63,750 nucleotides of DNA, taken from the IMG/VR virus record IMGVR_UViG_3300045988_109082; one strand, written 5' to 3'. Numbering within the stretch: the stretch's first letter is position 1; each line of letters starts with the position of its first letter. The position numbers and the translations under genes were made by a program. This document shows positions 6,831-17,608 of this stretch, piece after piece. Below the pieces are notes generated by a model. It saw only the letters and a program-made list of their open reading frames with translations, had not been told where the DNA came from and did not search any database. Source of the DNA: a virus.

Positions 6831-9097
6831 AGGACGGGCTCCTCCCATGTCAATTGGGTTAGGTCGGCGGAATAGCTGATGTTCTTCTTGTCCGCGATGT
6901 CAACGCTCACGGACTGTTCCGCCTTCACGTAGACACGCAGGCCGGAAGGCTCCCGATACCATGCGTAAGGGTATCCGTCAGCCAACGAGAGTATCCGCAG
7001 CCACAACGCTTGGTCCCACTCCCATACGCCGGTGACGCTCACCGTGGAATCCAACTGGTCCAATTCGTAGCTGGAAGGCAGAGCATTCGCCCCGTCGCCC
7101 CGCGCGAAATGAAACTCGCTGGTCGAATGGGAACGCTTATGAGACACCGTGTTGTTATAGCCGAGCAATAACGTCTGACCCGCATCCGTGCCGAAGTTCA
7201 ACACTCCGAACCCGGATTCGATGCGCGCGTCCACCATGCGTGCGATGGTCGTGCCCATAGCCGAATACGCGACCACCCTGTAATGGAAGTCGGTGTTCAA
7301 CGGGGGAATGGGGTCCACGGCCAACTGCTGGTCCAACAGGTTCGAGGCGATAAGCACCTCCGAACCGTCAGGCATGACACGGATGACGGATGCGCTGACC
7401 GTCTCCGACTGGCCTTCCTCCGGCACGCCGAACGACACGATGACCAACGCCGCGTAATCATTGTTCGACTCTATCGCGGCCATCGGCTCGGCCGGGTCCG
7501 GCCAGTCCCCGTCCCTCCCGACGCTCGTGCTGGATTCCAAGCCGGAACCGCCGCGCACCACGAGCGTGATGGTCAACGTCGAATTGTTGTTCGGCAGATA
7601 CTGGCTTGCGCCGATGCTCAGGCTTCGCGTGGAACCGTCCATCGTCTTCCGGTATTTCTCCACGCCGTCCGACTGGATGATGAGCGTCTGCGAGCTGACG
7701 CCCGTATCGTCCGCCACGGTCCACGCCACGGTGAACGGTGTCGCCGTAATGGTGCCGGAAGGCTTGTTGATGCTGATGTTCGGATATTTCGCGACCGTGA
7801 AGGTCACGTAGTTCGACCATGCGCCCCAGTCGGCGTGGATACCCTTGGTGCGCACGCGAATCCTATACGAGCCGCAGCTTTTGGGCGTGCGCTGATAACT
7901 GGTGTTCGTGGTCTGCTCTTCGATGACCGTAACGTCCGAGGGGTCGGTGACCTCCACCTGCGCGGCGGATTGGGCGGAACCGTCAGGATGATTCGGTTTC
8001 CAAGCGACCGTCATCGGCTGATTGACAACATACGCGCCGTTCTGCGTCGGGTTCAGAATCGTCGGCGCGGAAGGGGCCACGGCCGTCTGGATAGTGTTGC
8101 TGTACGTCCAGTCGGAGAAGAGCGTGGTCTTGGAGTTGTCATCGCCGTAGACAGGTCTTCCCACTAACGCCGCGTACTGGACTTGGCCCGCAGGAGCTGC
8201 GGTGTCGGTCCACGTGACGTTCTGGATTCCGTTTATGTCGGGAAGCCAGCCTTCGGCCGTCGCACCGGGGGTGCCTCCGGTTATGTCGGCCCATTCGCCG
8301 CCGTTCACCCTGCGCCGCAGTCTGATGCCATACACATACGATTTCGACGCATCCACGGTCACGCGCACGGACTGTTCGGACAGTTTCACCGCGTTCACCG
8401 CCACGGGGGCGGCCGGCGTCGTGTAGATGTAGCCCGAGTACACATGGTCGGACACTCCGCCAGGGTTCTGGGCCGCGACACGGAACTGGTATCGGGCGTT
8501 CGCCTTCAACCCCGTGTACGAATAGTTCAAGGCGTCCCAGTTCAACGCCTTGACCAGACCCCACGCGCCTTGTGTGCCGCCGTTCAAGCCGACGCACTGG
8601 TCTGCGTAGATCTGCTTCCAATATTTTCGCGCCGCATTATCATAGTTCGACTGCCATGCGGCCTTCACGCTTGAATCATTGACCCGCGTCCATGATACGT
8701 TCTTCGGCGGGTTCGGTTTCGCATACGTGATGCCGGGAACCGTGAGGTTCACATGCGCTTCCGACCGTCCCGGCAAACCATATGGGATGTTCAGGAACGC
8801 GCGGCAGGAGAACGTCTGCGCGGACTCCTGCTTCGTGACGGTCACTTGCTGGGTGTGTAAATCCACGTCGCCGTTGAAGGACCGGTAGCCGAAGTTCACC
8901 GTGTTCGTGCTCGTGCTCACGCCATTGACCCAAGCGCCACCGGACACGGCATCGGACGCCACCCAGCGCGACGGGTCGGTGCGACGGTAGATGATGTGCA
9001 CGCCTATGACGGCCTGTGTCGCGTTCTGCGAGACGATATCGGCTTGTACGCAGCAACGCCAGCCGCCGCCGATGATATTGCCGGCACCTTCAACCAT
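6827..9097 (-). CDS. Distal/minor tail protein with FN3-like repeats
   Basis: 756 aa. First gene after the tape measure. Repeated ~90-aa segments with a P..V.W...... pattern (PPKNVSWTRVNDSSVKAAW, APVAVNAVKLSEQSVRVTV). Confidence 0.7.
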   Translation of the reverse strand: MVEGAGNIIGGGWRCCVQADIVSQNATQAVIGVHIIYRRTDPSRWVASDAVSGGAWVNGVSTSTNTVNFGYRSFNGDVDLHTQQVTVTKQESAQTFSCRAFLNIPYGLPGRSEAHVNLTVPGITYAKPNPPKNVSWTRVNDSSVKAAWQSNYDNAARKYWKQIYADQCVGLNGGTQGAWGLVKALNWDALNYSYTGLKANARYQFRVAAQNPGGVSDHVYSGYIYTTPAAPVAVNAVKLSEQSVRVTVDASKSYVYGIRLRRRVNGGEWADITGGTPGATAEGWLPDINGIQNVTWTDTAAPAGQVQYAALVGRPVYGDDNSKTTLFSDWTYSNTIQTAVAPSAPTILNPTQNGAYVVNQPMTVAWKPNHPDGSAQSAAQVEVTDPSDVTVIEEQTTNTSYQRTPKSCGSYRIRVRTKGIHADWGAWSNYVTFTVAKYPNISINKPSGTITATPFTVAWTVADDTGVSSQTLIIQSDGVEKYRKTMDGSTRSLSIGASQYLPNNNSTLTITLVVRGGSGLESSTSVGRDGDWPDPAEPMAAIESNNDYAALVIVSFGVPEEGQSETVSASVIRVMPDGSEVLIASNLLDQQLAVDPIPPLNTDFHYRVVAYSAMGTTIARMVDARIESGFGVLNFGTDAGQTLLLGYNNTVSHKRSHSTSEFHFARGDGANALPSSYELDQLDSTVSVTGVWEWDQALWLRILSLADGYPYAWYREPSGLRVYVKAEQSVSVDIADKKNISYSADLTQLTWEEPVL

Positions 9098-9134
9098 GAC
9101 AAACCTTTCTTGACGATGTTAGGAAACAGGAGGA

Positions 9135-9172
9135 AACCGTTGCAAGCTGAAACAAACTGGCTTGCAACGGTT
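9135..9172 (-). terminator. 13-bp hairpin immediately after the tape-measure stop
   Basis: AACCGUUGCAAGC-12 nt-GCUUGCAACGGUU followed by UCCUCCUGUUUCC on the minus strand. Confidence 0.5.
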
Positions 9173-9181
9173 CTCTGACGG

Positions 9182-12100
9182 TCAGCGCGGACGCATGTTG
9201 CGTTTCCGGGTGGCGGAAGCGACAAGGGTTTCCACCGCGTCGGCTATCCTCCGGTCGGAGGACTCCACGCCGTTGATAGTCACCGTGTTGTTCGTCGTGT
9301 TCCCCGTATTCGCGGGAAGTTCGACCTTTATCACCGGGTTGACTTCGACATTCCACGAGCCGTTCGCCGTGGATACGCGGCCACCGGTCGCATACGCCTG
9401 AGACTTCCTGCGAGCGTTCAACGCGAACGCGGACGGTTGCATGGCTTTCTCCACACTGCCGACCGCGTTCAACGTGTTCAGGAAACTCCTGCCATACAAG
9501 GCGTCAATCTTCTTGACGGCTGCGGCACGAAGCACCATCTCACCATTGGACAGCATCGCCGGAATCGAATCGGAAGTGGAAGTACCGGGACCATAGATAC
9601 GACCACCGGTAGCATGACCGCCACCCCCGGATATCGTGTCGATGAAAGCCGTCCATGTGCGACCAGCGATTGACCGCAGAGTGGATAGCAGGTTCGACGC
9701 GACATCCAAAGCGTTGCCCATCGCATTCAACGTCGTGGAATGATAGGTGGGCACCTTGCCGATCATGCTTCGTGCCGTTCCGGCAAACGATGGCGTATTG
9801 CCGAGACCCGTAAACATGGACAACCACTGCTGAGGAATATTCCGAACCGCATTATTGGCGATGTTGGAAAACAGCGTCGTATTGCCGGAACCAGTCAATA
9901 TAGACTGCCACTGCTGAGGAATGCTCTCAACGGCGTTCTTCGCGATACCGGATGGGCCACTGGTGCCATCAAGTCCGAACAGCCACGACCACCATTCATG
10001 GGGAACACTGAACACGTTCGCCTTAGCGGACTCGGTGCCCTCGCTGGTGTTATCGACGGCGCTGACGAGAATATTATTCTCAGCGAGCTTTTCACCATCG
10101 GACTCCCTATAGGAGGCGAGTTTCACCTGAGCGTCATCATCGTCGGCGTCGATGTTGAAGCTGACGCCCTTGGCGGCGGGAACCTTATTCTTCTCCACGT
10201 CCTTTATCTTGCCGGAAGCGTGGTCGATACAGTCGAGAATCCACTGTATCTGCTCGTCGGTCAGGTTCAGATAGCCGAGCTCGTCCCTGACCTTCTGCAT
10301 GCGCTCCTCAGCGTTGCCCTCACCTGAGAACAGCCACTTGTAGGCTTTCTTGGACATGCCGAGAGCAAGAAGATTCTCCTTGACCTCGCCTGTCTCCCAG
10401 CGAGCATTGCCCTTCGCGTTCAACAGCAATGTGAGGTCCCTCTCGGACAAGTCGCCTTTCATCAGCTGCTCAACAAGACTGAGAACACCGTCCAACGTGG
10501 TGACCACTCCAGCTTCACGTAGCCGGATAACGATCTCTTTCTCACCATCGGTCAGACCGGATATGCCCTGCACGAGCTTATCCACCGCATCTTGGGCGAT
10601 TTCCGAATGAGCGGTGATCGTGGTACCCACATCAGAGGGAATCAGACCAAGCGAATCAGCGTACCTTTCAGCAGCTTCCTCACTCATGCCAGCGGCCTGA
10701 GCCTGCTGCACGATGGCCTCACGCGCCTCATAAATGGAGTTTGCGGCCTTCTGCGTGTACTCCTCCACCTGACCGTTCTTCTCACCATAGGAGAGAAGCT
10801 GATGGGCGGACAGCAACGCGGTAGCGGCCACATCCTTCATCGCCTTGTCGGTGCGCACATAGGCGGCGTTGTTGGCGTCAGCCAGTTCGCCGTTTTCCTT
10901 GAACGCCTGACCGTTCGCCTTGACCGTCGTGGCGAGCGAGCTGAGCTTGTCGGACAGCGCGGAGGAGGAATCGGAGATCTGTTCGAGGGAACGCAGATAT
11001 TTCATCTGCTCCTTGACGGATTTCTCCAAGCCTTCCTTGTGCTGCTTCTTCAACGCCTGCAACAGCGTGTCGGCGGCGATGGCGGCATCGGTCTGCTTCT
11101 CGACCATCATGCCGTACTGGTCGCTGGCCTTGTATGTCTCCTTGCTTTGCGCCTCCAACTGTTTGACGAGCTTCTTGTAGCCGGCCTCGTTGCCGCTGAC
11201 CGCATCGGTCAGCGTACTGGTATTGATGCCCAGACGTTTGGCCGCGTCGGCTGCGGACGTGTAGCCGCCGCTGACCTTGACGAGCCATTCAGTGACCGCG
11301 CCGCCACCGTCCTTTCCGAACAGGAGCGACGGGTCATCCCACTGTTTCGTGGTCTCCGACTTGAAATCGTTGAACGCGTCCGCCGCCTCCTTGGCGTTGG
11401 ACTTGATGCCCTTCATGCCGTCGAGGACCTTGTCCATCGCCTGCTTGGATGCTTCCGCCTTCGTCGTGTAGTCGGATATCGCATTGCCGATGACGGCGAT
11501 GCCCGCGCTGATTCCCAGACCGGCAACCGTCGTCCAGCCGCCGAACGCATCCCACAGGTTCTTCACGCCGGTCTTCAACGAACCGAACCTGCCGGACTGC
11601 TGTTCGGCCTGCTCCCCGGCCGAACGGATGGAGGCGATGGCCTGACCGTTCGCACCGACCAAGCCGCCCATGTCCTTGGAAGTCTCCTTGGCAGCGTTCC
11701 CCGGAAGGAGCAGCTTCTTCGAGTTAGCTTCCGCCGCCATGCCGAGGGAATTGACCTCGCTGATGGCACCGGACAGAATACCCGCATAATTGCCGGAACG
11801 CAACTGGTTCATCGCCTTAATCAGGGTGCCCATTTTCACGGACGCCTGTTCGGCGCTCAAACCCAGTTCGCTGAGCATCTTCTGGTATCGCATCGTGGAC
11901 TGGATGTTCTGCAACATGCCGGTCTTCAACGACTCGAACGCCGTCTTGCCCGCACGACCGAACGTGGCCCACAATGTGATGATGCTTTTCACCGGCCCCG
12001 GCAACGAGTCGAACGCTTGGGCCACGCCGGTGGCACCCTTGGCGATGGTGCTGATAAGCGGGCTCACGGTACGCAAAGCGGACGCGAACGTGCCGCCGAA

Positions 12101-15046
12101 CGTGCGCGACAACTGGCCCACCATGCTCGCCAAATCGGAGAACATGGGGCCCGCGTCACCCACCGCGTCAAACACCTGGCTGAACCCGTCGCGGACACCG
12201 GAACTGAAATCGCGGATTCCACCACCGGACTGCTGCAACACGCGACTCAACCCAGTGATGCCCTCGCCTACGATCTGGCCCGCGTCACCGAACACCGCGC
12301 GAGTGGTGTCCTTCAACGAGTACGCGGCGTCGCCAATATCCTTGAAAGCGTTGCGCATCTTGTCCTGCGCGTCCTGCGCACCAGCGCTCCAAGCCTCCAA
12401 AGTCTCTTGGAACTTGATGGTGTGAACGGCCTTGTTGGCTTTCTCCAAAGCCTCGGAAAAACCTTGGATACCGTTCTCGGTCTTCGCCAGAGTACCCAAC
12501 GTGCCCTCAAACACGCCTATCAGGTCGAACACGGACGATTTCAGATAGCCGCCCTGTTCGATGGCCTTTTCCATCGCCTTAGAGACTTGACCGGTACGTT
12601 CGGCGGTATCCACCCAGTTCGCCCACTTCTCGGCCACGTCGGAAATGTAGGAGGCCATGCGGGGCAGATACTGGCTGGACTGGTCGCCCAAGCCGAGGAA
12701 CGCGCGGGCCAGTGACTGCAAGCCCGGGTTCAGTTCGGACACCGCGAGACGAGTGTTCTCGAAGATACGCGGTAGTTGGTCGGCTTCGTTCGACTGGCGC
12801 ACCACGTCGATAAGCCCGTTGAGCACCTTGCCTTCCTCGACGGCGATACCGTTCAAACCCTTGGACAGTGAGGGGGCCACGTCGTTGGCGAGACGGTACA
12901 GGTTATCCCCGTACTCGTTCCAAGCGTTGTCGCCCAACTCCTTGTTCAGGTTCGCCAGCGAGGTCTTGGTGACATCGAACTTTTCCTTCAAATCACCGAA
13001 CACCCGGTAGCCCACGTAGCCTGCGGACGCCAGACCAGCCAACGCGGCGGGAGCGGCCAACGCGGCCTTGCTCATGGACACGAGGCTGACGCCGACACCG
13101 CCCGCAGTGCGTCCCAGGTTCAGGAGTCCGGCACCCAACGCGGTGACGCCGGCACCGAGAATCGACCACTTGGGAACCACCTTGTCGAGCTTGTCGAACA
13201 GGTTCACAAGACTGTCGAACTGGTTCTGCACGCCCTTCAAACCGGTCGCACCACTGGTCATGCCGGAGAAAATCTTGCCAAGGTCTGTGCCCTTGAAATT
13301 AGCGAAGATGTCGATGGTGCGGGGGCGGGTGAAGTAGGCGAGATGGGCTCGGGCCACCGCGGTCTCCAAGTCCAAATCCATCTTCAGCTCGTCGTTCTTG
13401 TCCTCGAATTTCTTCAGCTTCTCCTCGGCGCGATGCATTTGCAGGTCGAGGTCGGCTTCAAGCTCCCAACGACGTTCGGGATTGGCTTTGATCTTGGCGG
13501 CGGTCTCACGCATCGACGCGATGATTCGTTCCTGATCGACCTGCCAGTCCACGGGAATGTCGAGGCGCGTATGACGCAGCTTCTCCAACCGGGCTTCGAG
13601 CTTGTCGGCGTTGTCCTCCCACACCTTGACGCGGACGTTGACCTCATGCTCCCGGTCGAGTTTGGCGCGCAGCTTCTCCGCGTCATACATCAGTTCCGCG
13701 TATTTTTTGTCCCATTGGGTCTTATCCAATGTGGCTTTGGCGGTGATCGGCTTGCGGGATGCGAAGTCGCGCAGCTTCTTCAGCTGGTCGAAGGTATTGT
13801 TGAGCTCCTTGCCGAGGTTCTTGTCGATGCCCATGGGCTTGAACTTCTGGAACGCGGCGGAAAGCGCGTTGATCTGGGTCTCCTGCTCGTCGAACAGGCT
13901 GGTCAGTTCGCGGGCGGTCTTGCGCTGCTTGTCCATCGTGCGGCGCGAATCGTTCTGTACCGCGTTGAGGCGTTTGACGCTGGTTCCCGTGTCTTCGAAC
14001 ACCTCGGCCAACGCCTTCTGGCCGGCCGTGAGCTTCGACAGCTGCTGGAGCTGCCTGCGGTTCAGCTTCTCGGACTTCTCCTCAAGGTCGAGAATCTTGT
14101 TCAGGCCGGAGAACAGCCGGTCGTTCTCACGGTTGAAGTCTTTGAGCCGCGCCTTGCGCATGAGCTCGGCGTCCGAATACTTGGAGATGGCGTCGGTCGC
14201 CTTCTCCCACTTCTTGGTGTTGGAGTCGATAAGACGCTGCTGTGCCGCTACCTTGTTGTCGAAATCGGCGGAGAAGAGCTTGTTCTGCGCCTTCTTGTTC
14301 TCCGCTATCTCCTTGCCTACCGCCTTCAGGTCGGCTTTCAGGCCCTTGAGCTGTTCGCGCAGCTCGGGGATGCGACTGTTCTTGTACCAGTTCGCGGTGT
14401 CGATGTTCCCGGCCTCGCGCAGCTCCTTCATCTTCTTGATGGACCAGTCAAGGGTCTTACTGACATCGGCTTGGCTGCGGGTCAACTGCTCCTGACGTTT
14501 GCGCCCGTTCTCGATGGCCTCCGCGTACATGTCGTAGGCGGCGTGCTCGTCCTTGATGAGCATGGTCTGCCTGCGGGATGCGGCCGTGGCCTCCTTGTCG
14601 TAGAGGGCGCGTGCCGAACGCATGCGGGAGAGACTGTCCTGAAGACTGTCGGCCACGGATTTCTGCGACTTCTTGACGAACGCCTCCGTCTGGCCGGCGG
14701 TCCGCTTGATCTGGTTGGAAAGCCGGTGAATCTTCTCATTGAACGACGTATCGTCCAAGTCGAACCTGCTTGTGACCGGCTTCTTCTCCCACTGCTTCCG
14801 CTGGGCCTGCATGGCCTTGTCGATGGCACGCAAGCCGGACGGGTCGCCGTCGATCTTCACCACGTTGGTGAGGGTCTTGCCGTCAAGGTCGCGCATCTGC
14901 TCCTTGGCGCGTGCGACGCCCTTCGTGTTCACATCAACGGTGACCTCAGGGTGACGAGAATGCAGTTCCGCATTGAGAATCTTCCAGAAATTATCGGTGT
15001 CCGGGCGAATATCGACGCCGACCGCGCCAGCGGAATACAAGGCCAT
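9182..15046 (-). CDS. Tape measure protein
   Basis: 1954-aa ORF between the chaperone genes and the tail tip. Long coiled-coil N-terminal third, multiple hydrophobic stretches, C-terminal GGRIYGPGTSTSDSIPAMLSNGEMVL motif. Confidence 0.9.
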   Translation of the reverse strand: MALYSAGAVGVDIRPDTDNFWKILNAELHSRHPEVTVDVNTKGVARAKEQMRDLDGKTLTNVVKIDGDPSGLRAIDKAMQAQRKQWEKKPVTSRFDLDDTSFNEKIHRLSNQIKRTAGQTEAFVKKSQKSVADSLQDSLSRMRSARALYDKEATAASRRQTMLIKDEHAAYDMYAEAIENGRKRQEQLTRSQADVSKTLDWSIKKMKELREAGNIDTANWYKNSRIPELREQLKGLKADLKAVGKEIAENKKAQNKLFSADFDNKVAAQQRLIDSNTKKWEKATDAISKYSDAELMRKARLKDFNRENDRLFSGLNKILDLEEKSEKLNRRQLQQLSKLTAGQKALAEVFEDTGTSVKRLNAVQNDSRRTMDKQRKTARELTSLFDEQETQINALSAAFQKFKPMGIDKNLGKELNNTFDQLKKLRDFASRKPITAKATLDKTQWDKKYAELMYDAEKLRAKLDREHEVNVRVKVWEDNADKLEARLEKLRHTRLDIPVDWQVDQERIIASMRETAAKIKANPERRWELEADLDLQMHRAEEKLKKFEDKNDELKMDLDLETAVARAHLAYFTRPRTIDIFANFKGTDLGKIFSGMTSGATGLKGVQNQFDSLVNLFDKLDKVVPKWSILGAGVTALGAGLLNLGRTAGGVGVSLVSMSKAALAAPAALAGLASAGYVGYRVFGDLKEKFDVTKTSLANLNKELGDNAWNEYGDNLYRLANDVAPSLSKGLNGIAVEEGKVLNGLIDVVRQSNEADQLPRIFENTRLAVSELNPGLQSLARAFLGLGDQSSQYLPRMASYISDVAEKWANWVDTAERTGQVSKAMEKAIEQGGYLKSSVFDLIGVFEGTLGTLAKTENGIQGFSEALEKANKAVHTIKFQETLEAWSAGAQDAQDKMRNAFKDIGDAAYSLKDTTRAVFGDAGQIVGEGITGLSRVLQQSGGGIRDFSSGVRDGFSQVFDAVGDAGPMFSDLASMVGQLSRTFGGTFASALRTVSPLISTIAKGATGVAQAFDSLPGPVKSIITLWATFGRAGKTAFESLKTGMLQNIQSTMRYQKMLSELGLSAEQASVKMGTLIKAMNQLRSGNYAGILSGAISEVNSLGMAAEANSKKLLLPGNAAKETSKDMGGLVGANGQAIASIRSAGEQAEQQSGRFGSLKTGVKNLWDAFGGWTTVAGLGISAGIAVIGNAISDYTTKAEASKQAMDKVLDGMKGIKSNAKEAADAFNDFKSETTKQWDDPSLLFGKDGGGAVTEWLVKVSGGYTSAADAAKRLGINTSTLTDAVSGNEAGYKKLVKQLEAQSKETYKASDQYGMMVEKQTDAAIAADTLLQALKKQHKEGLEKSVKEQMKYLRSLEQISDSSSALSDKLSSLATTVKANGQAFKENGELADANNAAYVRTDKAMKDVAATALLSAHQLLSYGEKNGQVEEYTQKAANSIYEAREAIVQQAQAAGMSEEAAERYADSLGLIPSDVGTTITAHSEIAQDAVDKLVQGISGLTDGEKEIVIRLREAGVVTTLDGVLSLVEQLMKGDLSERDLTLLLNAKGNARWETGEVKENLLALGMSKKAYKWLFSGEGNAEERMQKVRDELGYLNLTDEQIQWILDCIDHASGKIKDVEKNKVPAAKGVSFNIDADDDDAQVKLASYRESDGEKLAENNILVSAVDNTSEGTESAKANVFSVPHEWWSWLFGLDGTSGPSGIAKNAVESIPQQWQSILTGSGNTTLFSNIANNAVRNIPQQWLSMFTGLGNTPSFAGTARSMIGKVPTYHSTTLNAMGNALDVASNLLSTLRSIAGRTWTAFIDTISGGGGHATGGRIYGPGTSTSDSIPAMLSNGEMVLRAAAVKKIDALYGRSFLNTLNAVGSVEKAMQPSAFALNARRKSQAYATGGRVSTANGSWNVEVNPVIKVELPANTGNTTNNTVTINGVESSDRRIADAVETLVASATRKRNMRPR

Positions 15047-15103
15047 GAGAAAACCTCCGGGAGGATAAACGAAAACCCCTCGTGGAATGCGAGGGGTTTT
15101 CTG

Positions 15104-15993
15104 CTAGAAACTGTTGCCGCCGAACACGGCACCCAACATGCCCGTGATCTGGGCGAACGACTTGCCCGCCGTGGAGAACGATTTCGGCCCGACCGAATCG
15201 GGCTTGACCACGGTGCCGGGCGGATAGACGGGCTGCGGCTTCGACTTCTTGTCGCCCATCATGCGGGCTATCATCACGCGAATCATCTCAAGCTGGTTCG
15301 TCATGCTGAGCATCAGCATCTGCGACTGCCCGTAGGTGAGGTAGGAAAGACGCGGCATGCTTTTCGCGTCTTCCCGTGGGAGCGGATGGTGTTCGGCCAT
15401 CCACGCGCGGTACAGGCTCCCGTCAACGCCCTCCAAACCGTCCAGCAGGTCGCACAGCCATGACGGCTCCATGCGGCCCATACTGGCGGGGAGGTTGATG
15501 TTGTAGAAGCGTTGGAAGTCGGCCGAGACCGCTACTCTGCATTCTCCAAGCGCGTCTTGGAGGCGCTTGATTTTCCCAGTGCCACCGAATAGAACGTGGT
15601 CAGGGACACCAGCAGCACGTACAGGTTCTCCAAGGTGCGGCCACGGGTGAACTCGTCCCACTGCTTCTCGTCGGCCGCGATTTCGCGGTAGAACATGTCC
15701 GCGTACTGCACGATCTCGGCCATGAGGATGACGGCTTCGGACTCGTCGTACTTCGGCTTCTTCTTCGGCTTGTCGGCCTCATCGTCGCCGAATAAGCCCA
15801 TGTCGCCCAGTTTCCCGTTGCGTTCGGAGATGCGCTGCCATGTCACCGAGAACTCGGCGGACTGGGCCACGTTCAGCTCCTGCGGCTTCGCCATGTCGGG
15901 CAGTCCCGCGAACAGCGGCTGCTCCTTGAGCTCGTCCCATGTCTCCGGCATCTTCGCGTTGTCGGTCGTGTTCTTAGTGTTCTCTGCCATCAT
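15104..15993 (-). CDS. Tail assembly chaperone, G-T type -1 frameshift product
   Basis: The frame of ORF 15104..15661 joins 15532..15993 after a -1 slip at GGGAAAA. Predicted junction ...VALGK|IKRLQDALGE... Confidence 0.75.
15532..15993 (-). CDS. Tail assembly chaperone (G-like, zero-frame product)
   Basis: 153 aa, acidic, between the major tail and tape measure genes. Confidence 0.8.
   Translation of the reverse strand: MMAENTKNTTDNAKMPETWDELKEQPLFAGLPDMAKPQELNVAQSAEFSVTWQRISERNGKLGDMGLFGDDEADKPKKKPKYDESEAVILMAEIVQYADMFYREIAADEKQWDEFTRGRTLENLYVLLVSLTTFYSVALGKSSASKTRLENAE
15571..15577 (-). promoter_or_regulatory. Slippery heptamer G_GGA_AAA for programmed -1 frameshift
   Basis: Zero frame reads CTG GGA AAA TCA; the -1 frame reads GGG AAA ATC AAG and stays open for a further 155 codons. 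Confidence 0.75.
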
Positions 15994-16053
15994 CGGCTCC
16001 TATCCGTGGAAAAGAATGATTCTGAAAAGCCCTATCCGTGGAAAGATGGGGTT

Positions 16054-16084
16054 CCTTGCCGCGCGGATAGGAGACGCGGCAAGG
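16054..16084 (-). terminator. 10-bp GC hairpin after the major tail gene
   Basis: CCUUGCCGCG-11 nt-CGCGGCAAGG on the minus strand. Followed by two copies of UUUCCACGGAUAGG (15999..16012, 16031..16044). Confidence 0.5.
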
Positions 16085-16094
16085 AAGAGACGGG

Positions 16095-16709
16095 TCAGAC
16101 CGTGAAGTCGGACGGCGCGAAGTAGGCGACGGACGTGAACTTGCCGTTCTTGTCATGCGGAAGCACGCTGGATGTCTTGATGTTCGCCTGAGCGGAGAAC
16201 TCCACGAACGAATCCGTGGAAAGAGCAGGCAGACTGGAGAACGCGATGTCCGAGTTCGGCAGCAGCAGGCCGGCACGGCCGGTCGTGTTCGTGTCGGACC
16301 ACAGGATGAACAGGGACTTGTTGATGGGGGTCTTCTCCAAGGAGAAGGCCACGCCGGCGCCGGTCATATCGACCGCGTTGTAGAAGGTCTTGAACGTGCC
16401 CTTGTCGCCCTGCACCGAATTGAACGTCACAGTGCCGGTGGTCTGGGCGTACTGGGTGCGGAACGCCGCCTTGAGCCAAGTGCTCAACGTGGTGGCGTCG
16501 CCGCCGTCCAACGCGAACTCGGGCAGGTTGTCGTTCGACATGTGGCCGAGGTTCGTCCACATGCCGTCGCCCACGCCCACGGTCGCCGCCTCGACGGTGA
16601 ACTGCTTGAGCAGTGCGGAGGTAATGATGGTCTCGGCCTTCGCCATGAAGATCGTTCCTCGGACGGCGGTCAACACGCCGTCGTCGTGGATGCCGATTTC
16701 GTCAGCCAT
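16095..16709 (-). CDS. Major tail protein
   Basis: 204 aa, immediately upstream of the chaperone pair, behind the RBS GAAAGGAAAAC. Confidence 0.75.
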   Translation of the reverse strand: MADEIGIHDDGVLTAVRGTIFMAKAETIITSALLKQFTVEAATVGVGDGMWTNLGHMSNDNLPEFALDGGDATTLSTWLKAAFRTQYAQTTGTVTFNSVQGDKGTFKTFYNAVDMTGAGVAFSLEKTPINKSLFILWSDTNTTGRAGLLLPNSDIAFSSLPALSTDSFVEFSAQANIKTSSVLPHDKNGKFTSVAYFAPSDFTV

Positions 16710-16794
16710 ATCGTTTTCCTTTCAAATATGGAAAACCCCGCAGCCGTGTAGGCGTGCGGGGTCTGATTGTGTGATTGATGGTTTTCAGATAAGG

Positions 16795-17265
16795 TCAGCC
16801 GCGTGGGGACGCGGCCTGTATGCGTTTCGTGGAAGTCCACGCGATGATGCTTTTGGAACTGGTCATGTCGCCGGAAGACCGGGACTCGAAACCGGGATTG
16901 TCCACTATCCGCCCGATCTTCCCATAGTCGGTGCCGGGCCGGTAGGGCCATGCGGATATGCAACGGTGCAGCCATCCGCAGATGCGGGCCACCCGTTCCG
17001 GGTCACGGCCCAGCACCGTCAAAGACAGCGTGTACTGCCATATCCAAGCCTTCAGATTCCAGTCGGGCTGCTCAGGAGCACCGCAATGGTAGAGAATCAC
17101 GTCATGGGACAACAGGAGCGAATCCGTGGCGGGCGTGACCTCCGGTTGGATGACCGGCCTGAAATCACGGTTCTTCCATTCGACGGCGTCCAGGTAGGCG
17201 CGTGTCATGGCGACCGCATCCAACTGTTCCCTTACGGAAAGGTCGAATATCGTGGGGTCAGACAT
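16795..17265 (-). CDS. Tail terminator / head-tail joining protein
   Basis: 156 aa from MSDPTIFDL. ATGTCTGA overlap with the upstream stop. Assigned by synteny. Confidence 0.6.
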   Translation of the reverse strand: MSDPTIFDLSVREQLDAVAMTRAYLDAVEWKNRDFRPVIQPEVTPATDSLLLSHDVILYHCGAPEQPDWNLKAWIWQYTLSLTVLGRDPERVARICGWLHRCISAWPYRPGTDYGKIGRIVDNPGFESRSSGDMTSSKSIIAWTSTKRIQAASPRG

Positions 17266-17608
17266 ATTTCGCTTTCGACATGATGAACAATCCCGGCATC
17301 CAAGCACTCGGGCTTTTGATGCCGTACTTGTGTTCCAGCCACCGGTTGAAGTAGCCGAACTCCAAGTGGGAGGCGATCTCGGAACCGTCACGGCCCTTGA
17401 CGCTCATGATCACGGCGGTATGCGTGCCATGCGCGTGAGTGCTGATGTCGATGCGGTCGGCGACGGACGAATGCTTCGCCTTCACGTCGGCCAGTCCCTT
17501 CGCCTTCGCCTCGACCTTCTCCGCCACGGGACGGGTCGCTTCGGCTCCGAACAGTATCGCCATGTCACGGTTCAACACCCTCGCGGGCTTCAGCTTCACG
17601 TACCCCAT
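17258..17608 (-). CDS. Head-tail connector (HK97 gp10-like position)
   Basis: 116 aa from MGYVKLKPARV. Overlaps the upstream stop. Assigned by synteny. Confidence 0.6.
   Translation of the reverse strand: MGYVKLKPARVLNRDMAILFGAEATRPVAEKVEAKAKGLADVKAKHSSVADRIDISTHAHGTHTAVIMSVKGRDGSEIASHLEFGYFNRWLEHKYGIKSPSAWMPGLFIMSKAKYV

Noticed and set aside
10592-15463. Very long plus-strand ORFs (707 aa and 706 aa) antisense to the tape measure gene. Similar cases: 158..1216, 18138..19703, 23850..25688 and 59892..61454.
   Set aside because: These are shadow ORFs typical of high-GC DNA. Their translations are low-complexity (R/G/L/H/V-rich), they lack an RBS, and each lies fully inside a convincing opposite-strand gene with recognisable phage motifs.
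15999-16044. Two copies of CCTATCCGTGGAAA, and recurrence of CTATCCG in the 28-kb tract and elsewhere (33131, 36933, 62524).
   Set aside because: A 7-mer is expected about eight times by chance in 2 x 63 kb. The local 14-mer duplication is real, but one copy simply contains the RBS of the chaperone gene. There is not enough evidence to call it a regulon.
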